Part shown: piece by piece, positions 13,080 through 24,218 of the stretch
Numbering within the stretch: position 1 is the stretch's first letter
Layout of the letters: each line of letters begins with the position of its first letter
Sequence record: PZ452598.1
Origin: a phage
DNA: 64,000 bases
Reading direction: 5' to 3' (one strand)
Notes under the pieces: model-generated
Seen by the model: the letters and a program-made list of their open reading frames with translations, nothing else
The model's database searches: none
What the model was told of the DNA's origin: nothing
Made by a program: the position numbers and the translations under genes

Positions 13080-14095
13080 CATTATGTTCAGATAAGGTCG
13101 TTAATCTTACCCCGGAATTATATCCAGCTGCATGTCACCATGCAGAGCAGACTATATCTCCAACTTGTTAAAGCAAGTTGTCTATCGTTTCGAGTCACTT
13201 GACCCTACTCCCCAAAGGGATAGTCGTTAGGCATTTATGTAGAACCAATTCCATTTATCAGATTTTACACGATAAGTAACTAATCCAGACGAAATTTTAA
13301 AATGTCTAGCTGCATCTGCTGCACAATCAAAAATAACCCCATCACATGAAATCTTTTTAATATTACTAGGCTTTTTACCTTTCATCTTTTCTGATATTTT
13401 AGATTTAGTTATGTCTGAATGCTTATGATTAAAGAATGAATTATTTTCACCTGAACGATTTCTGCATTTACTACAAGTATAAGCAGAAGTTTGTATGCGA
13501 ACACCGCACTTACAAAACTTATGGGTTTCTGGATTCCAACGCCCGTTTTTACTTCCGGGTTTACTGTAAAGAGCTTTCCGACCATCAGGTCCAAGTTTAA
13601 GCATCTTAGCTTTAACAGTTTCAGAACGTTTCTTAATAATTTCTTCTTTTAATGGATGCGTAGAACATGTATCACCAAACGTTGCATCAGCAATATTGTA
13701 TCCATTAATTTTAGAATTAAGCTCTTTAATCCAAAAATTTTCTCGTTCAATAATCAAATCTTTCTCATATGGAATTTCTTCCAAAATAGAACATTCAAAC
13801 ACATTACCATGTTTGTTAAAAGACCTCTGAAGTTTTATAGAAGAATGGCATCCTTTTTCTAAATCTTTAAAATGCCTCTTCCATCTCTTTTCAAAATCTT
13901 TAGCACTTCCTACATATACTTTATTGTTTAAAGTATTTTTAATCTGATAAATTCCGCTTTTCATAAATACCTCTTTAAATATAGAAGTATTTATTAAAGG
14001 GCAGTCCTACAATTTAGCACGGGATTGTCTACTAGAGAGGTTCCCCGTTTAGATAGATTACAAGTATAAGTCACCTTATACTCAGGCCTCAATTA
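13080..14095 (-). mobile_element. group I self-splicing intron in td (1016 nt)
   Basis: 5' junction ...UUGGGU|UAAUUGAGGCCUGAGUAUAAGG and 3' end ...AACAUAAUG| read directly; length matches T4 td intron. Confidence 0.92.
13227..13964 (-). CDS. I-TevI: I-TevI GIY-YIG intron homing endonuclease (245 aa)
   Basis: ORF track 245 aa inside td intron; N-terminal GIYQIKNTLNNKVYVGSAKDFEKRWKRH. Confidence 0.93.
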   Translation of the reverse strand: MKSGIYQIKNTLNNKVYVGSAKDFEKRWKRHFKDLEKGCHSSIKLQRSFNKHGNVFECSILEEIPYEKDLIIERENFWIKELNSKINGYNIADATFGDTCSTHPLKEEIIKKRSETVKAKMLKLGPDGRKALYSKPGSKNGRWNPETHKFCKCGVRIQTSAYTCSKCRNRSGENNSFFNHKHSDITKSKISEKMKGKKPSNIKKISCDGVIFDCAADAARHFKISSGLVTYRVKSDKWNWFYINA

Positions 14096-15237
<1,142 letters not shown>

Positions 15238-15293
15238 TTAATTGAAAACGAATGCTTACTTGGATAATTTCAATGACATACATAATATTTTCC

Positions 15294-15536
15294 TCAAACA
15301 GACTTTTTCACAATTTTCCAATCAGCTTTAAACTGCTCGACGTCAGAATGGTAAATCCAAAATCCTGCGCTTTCTCCGTCTTCATAAAGAGGACATCCAT
15401 CGCATTCATCTTCCCATCCCATATCACGTAAAAGATGTTCAGCTTTTTCAACAAGTTCAGAATCTTTACCGATGATATTAAAATACCATTTACCTCTAAC
15501 TTCTAAATCTTTGATGCTCTGGCGTTGTAATCTCAT
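15294..15536 (-). CDS. hypothetical protein (frd.1 position)
   Basis: ORF track 80 aa. Confidence 0.5.
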   Translation of the reverse strand: MRLQRQSIKDLEVRGKWYFNIIGKDSELVEKAEHLLRDMGWEDECDGCPLYEDGESAGFWIYHSDVEQFKADWKIVKKSV

Positions 15537-15645
15537 TTTATTCTCCTTAGCAAGCTTTAATCAAAAGATATAAACAGACCAACATAACTGCTGCCATAAT
15601 ATAAGGTGCGAACATTTTCTTTTCTCCATTAGTTTTGATAGGGTA

Positions 15646-15675
15646 ATAGTATCACACTACTACCCTGATGTAAAC
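15646..15675 (-). promoter_or_regulatory. early promoter-like element: GTTTAC, 18-bp spacer, TACTAT
   Basis: minus strand; -35 overlaps stop of ORF 15675..16076. Confidence 0.45.
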
Positions 15676-16076
15676 TACTTTTTGAAAGTTTTTCGCAAAA
15701 GTTCAATGATTTCATCTACATTGTTTTCGTCAACAATGCAGTGAATTTTTGTTACGCCAGAAACCTTGTCTTTGACTTCATCTTCTTCAGAAGTCGGTTC
15801 TTTATATTCGCGGAAACAATAAAACTCTTCTTCACTAAGTTCAAAATAATCATCACCCATACCATCATCATTATAGATTTCACCATTAGCACAAATGATT
15901 TCGGTTACATAATCAAAGCCATCTAAACTTGATATTGATTTAACTTCAAACCAACCGCCATTTTCTTGAATGATGCCGACCATACTAGCATTTGATGAAC
16001 TAATATCAATGAAAGATTTAATACGATGTGGATTTAACTCGTATTTTTTGCCGATTTCCATTTTGATTTTCCTCAT
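15675..16076 (-). CDS. hypothetical acidic protein (frd.2 position)
   Basis: ORF track 133 aa. Confidence 0.5.
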   Translation of the reverse strand: MRKIKMEIGKKYELNPHRIKSFIDISSSNASMVGIIQENGGWFEVKSISSLDGFDYVTEIICANGEIYNDDGMGDDYFELSEEEFYCFREYKEPTSEEDEVKDKVSGVTKIHCIVDENNVDEIIELLRKTFKK

Positions 16077-16106
16077 TTTAATAGGGGCTTGATAGCCCCT
16101 TGATAA

Positions 16107-16334
16107 TTATTGTTCAATCAGTCCCATGTAAAATTCTGCGTCTTCAGAATCCATGCCATCACAATATTCATTAGCCATAAAGCGGGTGAGGTCTTCAAGA
16201 GGACCTTCAATAACGATTTGAATACTCCAAAACTTAGAATCTTGCACGCTTGTGATACTAAGTTCAGGATAACGATTACGAATAATCTCTTCAATATATT
16301 CAAAATCAACGATGTCAATATCAACTTTAGCCAT
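16107..16334 (-). CDS. hypothetical protein (frd.3 position)
   Basis: ORF track 75 aa. Confidence 0.5.
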   Translation of the reverse strand: MAKVDIDIVDFEYIEEIIRNRYPELSITSVQDSKFWSIQIVIEGPLEDLTRFMANEYCDGMDSEDAEFYMGLIEQ

Positions 16335-16377
16335 ATTATTTTCCTCTTTAATTATTAGCAGTATTGCCGATAGTTGT

Positions 16378-16407
16378 ATAGTACCATAAAGCTTTATGCT
16401 TGTAAAC
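16378..16407 (-). promoter_or_regulatory. early promoter-like element with A/T-rich upstream tract
   Basis: member of repeated promoter-leader cassette, upstream of ORF 16107..16334. Confidence 0.5.
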
Positions 16408-16438
16408 CGTTTTGTGAAAAAATTTTTAAAATAAAAAA

Positions 16439-16457
16439 GGGGACCTCTAGGGTCCCC
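16439..16457 (-). terminator. rho-independent terminator downstream of gene 32
   Basis: hairpin GGGGACC-CUAGA-GGUCCCC then U-run on minus strand, about 20 nt past gene 32 stop. Confidence 0.6.
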
Positions 16458-16479
16458 AATTAATTAGTAATATAATCTA

Positions 16480-17385
16480 TTAAAGGTCATTCAAAAGGTC
16501 ATCCAGGTCCGTGTCATCAGCACTAGATGAACTACCAGAGCTTGAGCTCATAAAATCATCTTCAGTTTTTGTATTGAAGTCATCAACATTGAATGCATCC
16601 AAATCATCAGCAACTTTATCAGCTTTCTTAGCAGCAGTTGCAGCAGCACCGCCCATCACAGCAGTTCCCATAACTTGACCGAATTTAGTATTAAGTTCTT
16701 CAAACGATTTGAATTTATCTTTAGAAGTCATTTCAGAAAGGTCAACCATTTGTTCGAACAGTTCTTTCTGGAAAGATTCATCGTCAATGTTTGGAATCGC
16801 AGATTGATTCAGGAATTTAGATTCATCGTAGTTACTAAATCCAGAAACTTGTTTAACTTTCAGTACAAAGTTAGCACCTTCCCACGGACAAGTTACATCA
16901 ACTGGAGTTTCACCCATTTCAACATCAACCGCAATCATTGCATTGATTTTATCCCAGATTTTCTTACCGAAACGGTATTTAAATACTTTACCTTCGTTTT
17001 CTGGAGCAGCTGGGTCTTTTACTACAAGAATGTTAGCCCAGTAAGAAGTTTTACGTTTAACAAGACTGTACTCTTTATTGTCAGTGTTGTATAGATCATT
17101 TTTACTGATGTATTGACATACTGGGCAAGAATCGTAATCACCATGGGTAGATGAACATGTTTCAATATACCATTTACCATTTTTCTTGAAACCGTGATTT
17201 ACAAGAATTGCGAATGGTGCTTGTTCATCATTTTTAGACGGAAGAAAACGAATTACTGCTTGACCGTTACCCGCATTATCGAGTTTCAGTTTCCACTCGC
17301 CTTTATCTTCAGAAGAAAAACCTTTATTGCCATTCAGTTTAGCCATTTGTGCAGCGAGTTCAGCAGTAGATTTACGTTTAAACAT
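16480..17385 (-). CDS. 32: gp32 single-stranded DNA-binding protein (301 aa)
   Basis: ORF track 301 aa; acidic Ser/Asp-rich C-terminus; recognised as T4 gp32. Confidence 0.95.
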
Positions 17386-17450
17386 TTTTATTTCCTTTTT
17401 AATTTAATTTAATTAACAGTTGGTGCTATGACACTTTACCTCATAGCTGG
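17386..17450 (-). promoter_or_regulatory. gene 32 mRNA leader / translational operator (UUAAA repeats, pseudoknot region)
   Basis: minus strand reads ...GUGUCAUAGCACCAACUGUUAAUUAAAUUAAAUUAAAAAGGAAAUAAAAAUG; known gp32 autoregulation site. Confidence 0.7.
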
Positions 17451-18073
17451 CATAATTCGCAATACTCTGGGTCTTCGAGAGGTATCCAACCTGAGTTGAA
17501 ATACTTTACCATCGATTTAGCAGTTGTATCAGTTATATTTATATTACCTTTAACTCTTCGCCATCCAGGAGTTTTACCGTACAGATTAGAGGATAATAAT
17601 AACACATAATTCTCGTAAGCAATATGAGATAATTTCCAAGACTCTATATTAGCTCGTGATGTTTTCCAAGGTCTAAAATCGTCACGGTTCATATAATTAG
17701 CCAATCTCATATGCTCTCTAACTTCCGGGTCTTTGGCTGGATGAGTTTCACCACTCACACCAAATCCACCACCAGCATATACCAGATTAAAATAGTCTGG
17801 ATTATCTCTGGCATTTACTTCAAGTTGGTATTTTCGTTCTGCTTCAATAACATCCAAGTCATCATCAATTTGAATTATTTTAACGCTCGGTTTTTGAAGC
17901 ATTAGCGCATTCAAAAATCTTTTTTGTTTACATGAGCTCCAGTATTCCTTTCCGGAAGAGTCATATATTATTCCGTTCTCAAATGAGCAATTTAATTTAC
18001 TACCGATATAGTAGTATGGCGGAGTCTTATTTTTGACACGGTCTTCAAATGTAAACCAATATACTATATTCAT
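17441..18073 (-). CDS. segG: GIY-YIG homing endonuclease-like protein (210 aa)
   Basis: ORF track 210 aa; GIY-YIG-like YYYIGSK motif; between 59 and 32 as T4 segG. Confidence 0.65.
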   Translation of the reverse strand: MNIVYWFTFEDRVKNKTPPYYYIGSKLNCSFENGIIYDSSGKEYWSSCKQKRFLNALMLQKPSVKIIQIDDDLDVIEAERKYQLEVNARDNPDYFNLVYAGGGFGVSGETHPAKDPEVREHMRLANYMNRDDFRPWKTSRANIESWKLSHIAYENYVLLLSSNLYGKTPGWRRVKGNINITDTTAKSMVKYFNSGWIPLEDPEYCELCQL

Positions 18074-18074
18074 A

Positions 18075-18728
18075 TCAATACTTGCAAGATTTCACAGTTT
18101 CAATGAAAACATTTTTAGCTTTCTGTGAATCAATATTTAAAATTTTTCTATAAGCCTTTAACTTTATAGAATAATTATTCCAGACTAAATTATCAGTCTG
18201 TTCATCATGTTTATCAATTATATTTAAAAACGAATCAAGCAAGATAAACGTCTCAAACGAAATTATGTTCGATTGCAGAAGTTTAAAAATATAACTTGAT
18301 TGAACTTTTGGATTATACTCAAAAATTTCTTTAAAAGCAGAAACTTCAACTTTTTTACTAAAATAATAAATGTTGCGAATATCTTCTTCAAACTTAAATT
18401 TAATTTGCTTTAAGCGTCCGATATATTCACGATAAAACACAAGTGCATCAGCGTCAGAGATGTCACCAATCCAAGCATCTTGGTTAGCAACCAAATTGCT
18501 TATAAAGATTAAAGCAAGTTCCTTTAATTTATATTTTTCTGATAACTTCTGGAAAAAATACTTATCCCTTCGCTTTTGATAAGCGGCATCAGACACCCGC
18601 ATGCACCAATTATACTTAATTACATCATACTTTCCATTCATATGTTGTTTTATCATTAAGTATAATTTATAAACTGATTTACCATCAATGTATCTTTCAC
18701 CACCAGCAGGCATGCGGAGTTTAATCAT
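18075..18728 (-). CDS. 59: gp59 helicase loader (217 aa)
   Basis: ORF track 217 aa; T4 gp59 length and position. Confidence 0.9.
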   Translation of the reverse strand: MIKLRMPAGGERYIDGKSVYKLYLMIKQHMNGKYDVIKYNWCMRVSDAAYQKRRDKYFFQKLSEKYKLKELALIFISNLVANQDAWIGDISDADALVFYREYIGRLKQIKFKFEEDIRNIYYFSKKVEVSAFKEIFEYNPKVQSSYIFKLLQSNIISFETFILLDSFLNIIDKHDEQTDNLVWNNYSIKLKAYRKILNIDSQKAKNVFIETVKSCKY

Positions 18729-19063
18729 AGTAGAAAATCTAATGTATTAGTTTTTTCACAACGAACAACAGAAGGACGTAAAAGATTTTCGTCAATAGCT
18801 TCTGACTGAATTTTTTCAATTATACCCGAAGGAATAAATTTAGCAAATTGAGTTTCAGGAATAGAATTTTCTTCTAAGAATGCTGTTGTAGCTTCAAGAT
18901 AACTCATTCCAAACTCTTCTACCATTTTTTCAATAATAAATCCATTTTCTTGGCGGTCAAGAAGCTTTGCTATTTCATCCTTTTCTTTCTTAATTGAAAG
19001 TTCTTTTTCTGAAAGACCGGTCTCATCGACCGGACGAATATCATTTAGAGAAAACTGTGTCAT
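18725..19063 (-). CDS. 33: gp33 late transcription co-activator (112 aa)
   Basis: ORF track 115 aa trimmed to MTQFSLND... Confidence 0.8.
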   Translation of the reverse strand: MTQFSLNDIRPVDETGLSEKELSIKKEKDEIAKLLDRQENGFIIEKMVEEFGMSYLEATTAFLEENSIPETQFAKFIPSGIIEKIQSEAIDENLLRPSVVRCEKTNTLDFLL

Positions 19064-19310
19064 AAAGTTCAACTACCTCTTCAGTTTCAGCTTCAAACAC
19101 ATCACGGTTATCTTTATGATACAAAGCTAATAGACGATTAAACATCTTACCATCAACGCCAAGTTCATCTTTAGCACGAATTCGAATATCTTTAATCAGT
19201 TCATTATAACCGGAAATTTTCAGTTTATGATCAGATGCTTCTTTAATAAATTTAGCCAAGTCTTCGCCATGGATAGCTTCATCAAATTCAACCATTTCTT
19301 TTTTAGCCAT
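19041..19310 (-). CDS. dsbA: DsbA double-stranded DNA-binding protein (89 aa)
   Basis: ORF track 89 aa; position between rnh and 33. Confidence 0.8.
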   Translation of the reverse strand: MAKKEMVEFDEAIHGEDLAKFIKEASDHKLKISGYNELIKDIRIRAKDELGVDGKMFNRLLALYHKDNRDVFEAETEEVVELYDTVFSK

Positions 19311-19318
19311 TATTCACC

Positions 19319-20236
19319 TCAAAATTCATTAATGCTATTAGTTAATTTAGAAAGACCCGCTTTTACAAAATATGAATAAATTTTGCCACGCGGTGGTAAT
19401 TTATATGAATTATAGTAATTCACAATGTTTGAAGCAATATTATCAGGAATATAATCAAAATCAATTAGAACTAAATTTTCTTTATAACGATTATATTCAG
19501 ATTCAGTGAGAAGCACCTTAGCTTGCTCACGGTCATTAGCAATAGCTTCAACGATTGAAGTTTTCATTGAAGGAGTTCGTTCACCTTCAACTCTGGTAAA
19601 CCAAAAGTCAGATCGTACTTTAACTGAAGCAACGTTATCCTTTTTGTCGCCTTTAAGGATTTTAGTCATACAGTCAATTTCAGCAGAACCGCTTTTAATT
19701 TTAACCCATTTCTTATGCATCGGAGACCATTGCTTAACATTTGGATATTTGTGAAGCTGAGTAAAGTCACCATCTGACGAAATGATTAAAATCTTATGTC
19801 CTTCTAAAGAGAACTTTTTAACAAGAACAGCAATGTGGTCATCTGCTTCATACTTATCAATATCCATAACAATGTATGGCATATAAGCTTTCAATTCATC
19901 TATAACTTTATGGCTGGATTCAAAATAACCTTCCCAGTCCCAAGTAGATTCTTCTCGTGCTTTTCCACGGTTTTTCTTATAATAATAAGCGAAATCACGA
20001 CGCCAATATCCAGATTTCGCGTTATCAATACACAGTACAATTTTAGTGTATCCAAGCGTTTTTGCTTTTTTGACATTAAACTTAATTGAGTTCAATATCA
20101 AATGACGAACCATTGATAAATTAATTTTTTCTTTATCTGGGAAGTTTACCAAAGCAGTTGAAAGCGCAATTTGACTAAAGTCAATTAAGCAGATTCCTTC
20201 TTTGTAATCTTCATCCAACATCATTTCTAAATCCAT
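19319..20236 (-). CDS. rnh: RNase H / 5'-3' exonuclease (305 aa)
   Basis: ORF track 310 aa trimmed to MDLEMMLDEDY...; FEN-family nuclease. Confidence 0.9.
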   Translation of the reverse strand: MDLEMMLDEDYKEGICLIDFSQIALSTALVNFPDKEKINLSMVRHLILNSIKFNVKKAKTLGYTKIVLCIDNAKSGYWRRDFAYYYKKNRGKAREESTWDWEGYFESSHKVIDELKAYMPYIVMDIDKYEADDHIAVLVKKFSLEGHKILIISSDGDFTQLHKYPNVKQWSPMHKKWVKIKSGSAEIDCMTKILKGDKKDNVASVKVRSDFWFTRVEGERTPSMKTSIVEAIANDREQAKVLLTESEYNRYKENLVLIDFDYIPDNIASNIVNYYNSYKLPPRGKIYSYFVKAGLSKLTNSINEF

Positions 20237-20265
20237 ATGAACCTCGTTCAATTAGTGAGATTTCT

Positions 20266-20295
20266 ATTATATACCATCCAAATCTTAAAGTAAAC
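20266..20295 (-). promoter_or_regulatory. early promoter-like element: GTTTAC, spacer, TATAAT
   Basis: minus strand upstream of rnh, in the rnh/34 divergent intergenic region. Confidence 0.45.
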
Positions 20296-20298
20296 AAG

Positions 20299-20306
20299 TA
20301 TAAATA
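20299..20306 (+). promoter_or_regulatory. late promoter TATAAATA
   Basis: exact T4 late consensus 35 nt upstream of gene 34 ATG. Confidence 0.6.
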
Positions 20307-20340
20307 CTTATTATTGAAAACACAATAGGAGCCCGGGAGA

Positions 20341-23300
20341 ATGGCCGAGATTAAAAGAAAGTTCAGAGCAGAAGATGGTCTGGACGCAGGTGGTGATAAA
20401 ATAATCAACGTAGCTTTAGCTGATCGTACCGTAGGAACTGACGGTGTTAACGTTGATTACTTAATTCAAGAAAACACAGTTCAACAGTATGATCCAACTC
20501 GTGGATATTTAAAAGATTTTGTAATCATTTATGATAACCGCTTTTGGGCTGCTATAAATGATATTCCAAAACCAGCAGGAGCTTTTAATAGCGGACGCTG
20601 GAGAGCATTACGTACCGATGCTAACTGGATTACGGTTTCATCTGGTTCATATCAATTAAAATCTGGTGAAGCAATTTCGGTTAACACCGCAGCTGGAAAT
20701 GACATCACGTTTACTTTACCATCTTCTCCAATTGATGGTGATACTATCGTTCTCCAAGATATTGGAGGAAAACCTGGAGTTAACCAAGTTTTAATTGTAG
20801 CTCCAGTACAAAGTATTGTAAACTTTAGAGGTGAACAGGTACGTTCAGTACTAATGACTCATCCAAAGTCACAGCTAGTTTTAATTTTTAGTAATCGTCT
20901 GTGGCAAATGTATGTTGCTGATTATAGTAGAGAAGCTATAGTTGTAACACCAGCGAATACTTATCAAGCGCAATCCAACGATTTTATCGTACGTAGATTT
21001 ACTTCTGCTGCACCAATTAATGTCAAACTTCCAAGATTTGCTAATCATGGCGATATTATTAATTTCGTCGATTTAGATAAACTAAATCCGCTTTATCATA
21101 CAATTGTTACTACATACGATGAAACGACTTCAGTACAAGAAGTTGGAACTCATTCCATTGAAGGCCGTACATCGATTGACGGTTTCTTGATGTTTGATGA
21201 TAATGAGAAATTATGGAGACTGTTTGACGGGGATAGTAAAGCGCGTTTACGTATCATAACGACTAATTCAAACATTCGTCCAAATGAAGAAGTTATGGTA
21301 TTTGGTGCGAATAACGGAACAACTCAAACAATTGAGCTTAAGCTTCCAACTAATATTTCTGTTGGTGATACTGTTAAAATTTCCATGAATTACATGAGAA
21401 AAGGACAAACAGTTAAAATCAAAGCTGCTGATGAAGATAAAATTGCTTCTTCAGTTCAATTGCTGCAATTCCCAAAACGCTCAGAATATCCACCTGAAGC
21501 TGAATGGGTTACAGTTCAAGAATTAGTTTTTAACGGTGAAACTAATTATGTTCCAGTTTTGGAGCTTGCTTACATAGAAGATTCTGATGGAAAATATTGG
21601 GTTGTACAGCAAAACGTTCCAACTGTAGAAAGAGTAGATTCTTTAAATGATTCTACTAGAGCAAGATTAGGCGTAATTGCTTTAGCTACACAAGCTCAAG
21701 CTAATGTCGATTTAGAAAATTCTCCACAAAAAGAATTAGCAATTACTCCAGAAACGTTAGCTAATCGTACTGCTACAGAAACTCGCAGAGGTATTGCAAG
21801 AATAGCAACTACTGCTCAAGTGAATCAGAACACCACATTCTCTTTTGCTGATGATATTATCATCACTCCTAAAAAGCTGAATGAAAGAACTGCTACAGAA
21901 ACTCGTAGAGGTGTCGCAGAAATTGCTACGCAGCAAGAAACTAATGCAGGAACCGATGATACTACAATCATCACTCCTAAAAAGCTTCAAGCTCGTCAAG
22001 GTTCTGAATCATTATCTGGTATTGTAACCTTTGTATCTACTGCAGGTGCTACTCCAGCTTCTAGCCGTGAATTAAATGGTACGAATGTTTATAATAAAAA
22101 CACTGATAATTTAGTTGTTTCACCTAAAGCTTTGGATCAGTATAAAGCTACTCCAACACAGCAAGGTGCAGTAATTTTAGCAGTTGAAAGTGAAGTAATT
22201 GCTGGACAAAGTCAGCAAGGATGGGCAAATGCTGTTGTAACGCCAGAAACGTTACATAAAAAGACATCAACTGATGGAAGAATTGGTTTAATTGAAATTG
22301 CTACGCAAAGTGAAGTTAATACAGGAACTGATTATACTCGTGCAGTCACTCCTAAAACTTTAAATGACCGTAGAGCAACTGAAAGTTTAAGTGGTATAGC
22401 TGAAATTGCTACACAAGTTGAATTCGACGCAGGCGTCGACGATACTCGTATCTCTACACCATTAAAAATTAAAACCAGATTTAATAGTACTGATCGTACT
22501 TCTGTTGTTGCTCTATCTGGATTAGTTGAATCAGGAACTCTCTGGGACCATTATACACTTAATATTCTTGAAGCAAATGAGACACAACGTGGTACACTTC
22601 GTGTAGCTACGCAGGTCGAAGCTGCTGCGGGAACATTAGATAATGTTTTAATAACTCCTAAAAAGCTTTTAGGTACTAAATCTACTGAAGCGCAAGAGGG
22701 TGTTATTAAAGTTGCAACTCAGTCTGAAACTGTGACTGGAACGTCAGCAAATACTGCTGTATCTCCAAAAAATTTAAAATGGATTGCGCAGAGTGAACCT
22801 ACTTGGGCAGCTACTACTGCAATAAGAGGTTTTGTTAAAACTTCATCTGGTTCAATTACATTCGTTGGTAATGATACAGTCGGTTCTACCCAAGATTTAG
22901 AACTGTATGAGAAAAATAGCTATGCGGTATCACCATATGAATTAAACCGTGTATTAGCAAATTATTTGCCACTAAAAGCAAAAGCTGCTGATACAAATTT
23001 ATTGGATGGTCTAGATTCATCTCAGTTCATTCGTAGGGATATTGCACAGACGGTTAATGGTTCACTAACCTTAACCCAACAAACGAATCTGAGTGCCCCT
23101 CTTGTATCATCTAGTACTGGTGAATTTGGTGGTTCATTGGCCGCTAATAGAACATTTACCATCCGTAATACAGGAGCCCCGACTAGTATCGTTTTCGAAA
23201 AAGGTCCTGCATCCGGGGCAAATCCTGCACAGTCAATGAGTATTCGTGTATGGGGTAACCAATTTGGCGGCGGTAGTGATACGACCCGTTCGACAGTGTT

Positions 23301-24210
23301 TGAAGTTGGCGATGACACATCTCATCACTTTTATTCTCAACGTAATAAAGACGGTAATATAGCGTTTAACATTAATGGTACTGTAATGCCAATAAACATT
23401 AATGCTTCCGGTTTGATGAATGTGAATGGCACTGCAACATTCGGTCGTTCAGTTACAGCCAATGGTGAATTCATCAGCAAGTCTGCAAATGCTTTTAGAG
23501 CAATAAACGGTGATTACGGATTCTTTATTCGTAATGATGCCTCTAATACCTATTTTTTGCTCACTGCAGCCGGTGATCAGACTGGTGGTTTTAATGGATT
23601 ACGCCCATTATTAATTAATAATCAATCCGGTCAGATTACAATTGGTGAAGGCTTAATCATTGCCAAAGGTGTTACTATAAATTCAGGCGGTTTAACTGTT
23701 AACTCGAGAATTCGTTCTCAGGGTACTAAAACATCTGATTTATATACCCGTGCGCCAACATCTGATACTGTAGGATTCTGGTCAATCGATATTAATGATT
23801 CAGCCACTTATAACCAGTTCCCGGGTTATTTTAAAATGGTTGAAAAAACTAATGAAGTGACTGGGCTTCCATACTTAGAACGTGGCGAAGAAGTTAAATC
23901 TCCTGGTACACTGACTCAGTTTGGTAACACACTTGATTCGCTTTACCAAGATTGGATTACTTATCCAACGACGCCAGAAGCGCGTACCACTCGCTGGACA
24001 CGTACATGGCAGAAAACCAAAAACTCTTGGTCAAGTTTTGTTCAGGTATTTGACGGAGGTAACCCTCCTCAACCATCTGATATCGGTGCTTTACCATCTG
24101 ATAATGCTACAATGGGGAATCTTACTATTCGTGATTTCTTGCGAATTGGTAATGTTCGCATTGTTCCTGACCCAGTGAATAAAACGGTTAAATTTGAATG
24201 GGTTGAATAA
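20341..24210 (+). CDS. 34: gp34 long tail fibre proximal subunit (1289 aa)
   Basis: ORF track 1289 aa; internal ~30-aa fibre repeats; T4 gp34 length. Confidence 0.95.
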   Translation: MAEIKRKFRAEDGLDAGGDKIINVALADRTVGTDGVNVDYLIQENTVQQYDPTRGYLKDFVIIYDNRFWAAINDIPKPAGAFNSGRWRALRTDANWITVSSGSYQLKSGEAISVNTAAGNDITFTLPSSPIDGDTIVLQDIGGKPGVNQVLIVAPVQSIVNFRGEQVRSVLMTHPKSQLVLIFSNRLWQMYVADYSREAIVVTPANTYQAQSNDFIVRRFTSAAPINVKLPRFANHGDIINFVDLDKLNPLYHTIVTTYDETTSVQEVGTHSIEGRTSIDGFLMFDDNEKLWRLFDGDSKARLRIITTNSNIRPNEEVMVFGANNGTTQTIELKLPTNISVGDTVKISMNYMRKGQTVKIKAADEDKIASSVQLLQFPKRSEYPPEAEWVTVQELVFNGETNYVPVLELAYIEDSDGKYWVVQQNVPTVERVDSLNDSTRARLGVIALATQAQANVDLENSPQKELAITPETLANRTATETRRGIARIATTAQVNQNTTFSFADDIIITPKKLNERTATETRRGVAEIATQQETNAGTDDTTIITPKKLQARQGSESLSGIVTFVSTAGATPASSRELNGTNVYNKNTDNLVVSPKALDQYKATPTQQGAVILAVESEVIAGQSQQGWANAVVTPETLHKKTSTDGRIGLIEIATQSEVNTGTDYTRAVTPKTLNDRRATESLSGIAEIATQVEFDAGVDDTRISTPLKIKTRFNSTDRTSVVALSGLVESGTLWDHYTLNILEANETQRGTLRVATQVEAAAGTLDNVLITPKKLLGTKSTEAQEGVIKVATQSETVTGTSANTAVSPKNLKWIAQSEPTWAATTAIRGFVKTSSGSITFVGNDTVGSTQDLELYEKNSYAVSPYELNRVLANYLPLKAKAADTNLLDGLDSSQFIRRDIAQTVNGSLTLTQQTNLSAPLVSSSTGEFGGSLAANRTFTIRNTGAPTSIVFEKGPASGANPAQSMSIRVWGNQFGGGSDTTRSTVFEVGDDTSHHFYSQRNKDGNIAFNINGTVMPININASGLMNVNGTATFGRSVTANGEFISKSANAFRAINGDYGFFIRNDASNTYFLLTAAGDQTGGFNGLRPLLINNQSGQITIGEGLIIAKGVTINSGGLTVNSRIRSQGTKTSDLYTRAPTSDTVGFWSIDINDSATYNQFPGYFKMVEKTNEVTGLPYLERGEEVKSPGTLTQFGNTLDSLYQDWITYPTTPEARTTRWTRTWQKTKNSWSSFVQVFDGGNPPQPSDIGALPSDNATMGNLTIRDFLRIGNVRIVPDPVNKTVKFEWVE

Positions 24211-24218
24211 GAGGTATT

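Noticed and set aside
12768-13082. Met at the start of the td exon-2 ORF as an independent start
   Set aside because: That AUG is the last three nucleotides of the td intron; exon 2 begins at 13079.
13409-13862. ORFs 13409..13594 and 13656..13862 within I-TevI
   Set aside because: Alternate-frame and antisense ORFs inside the 245-aa I-TevI ORF.
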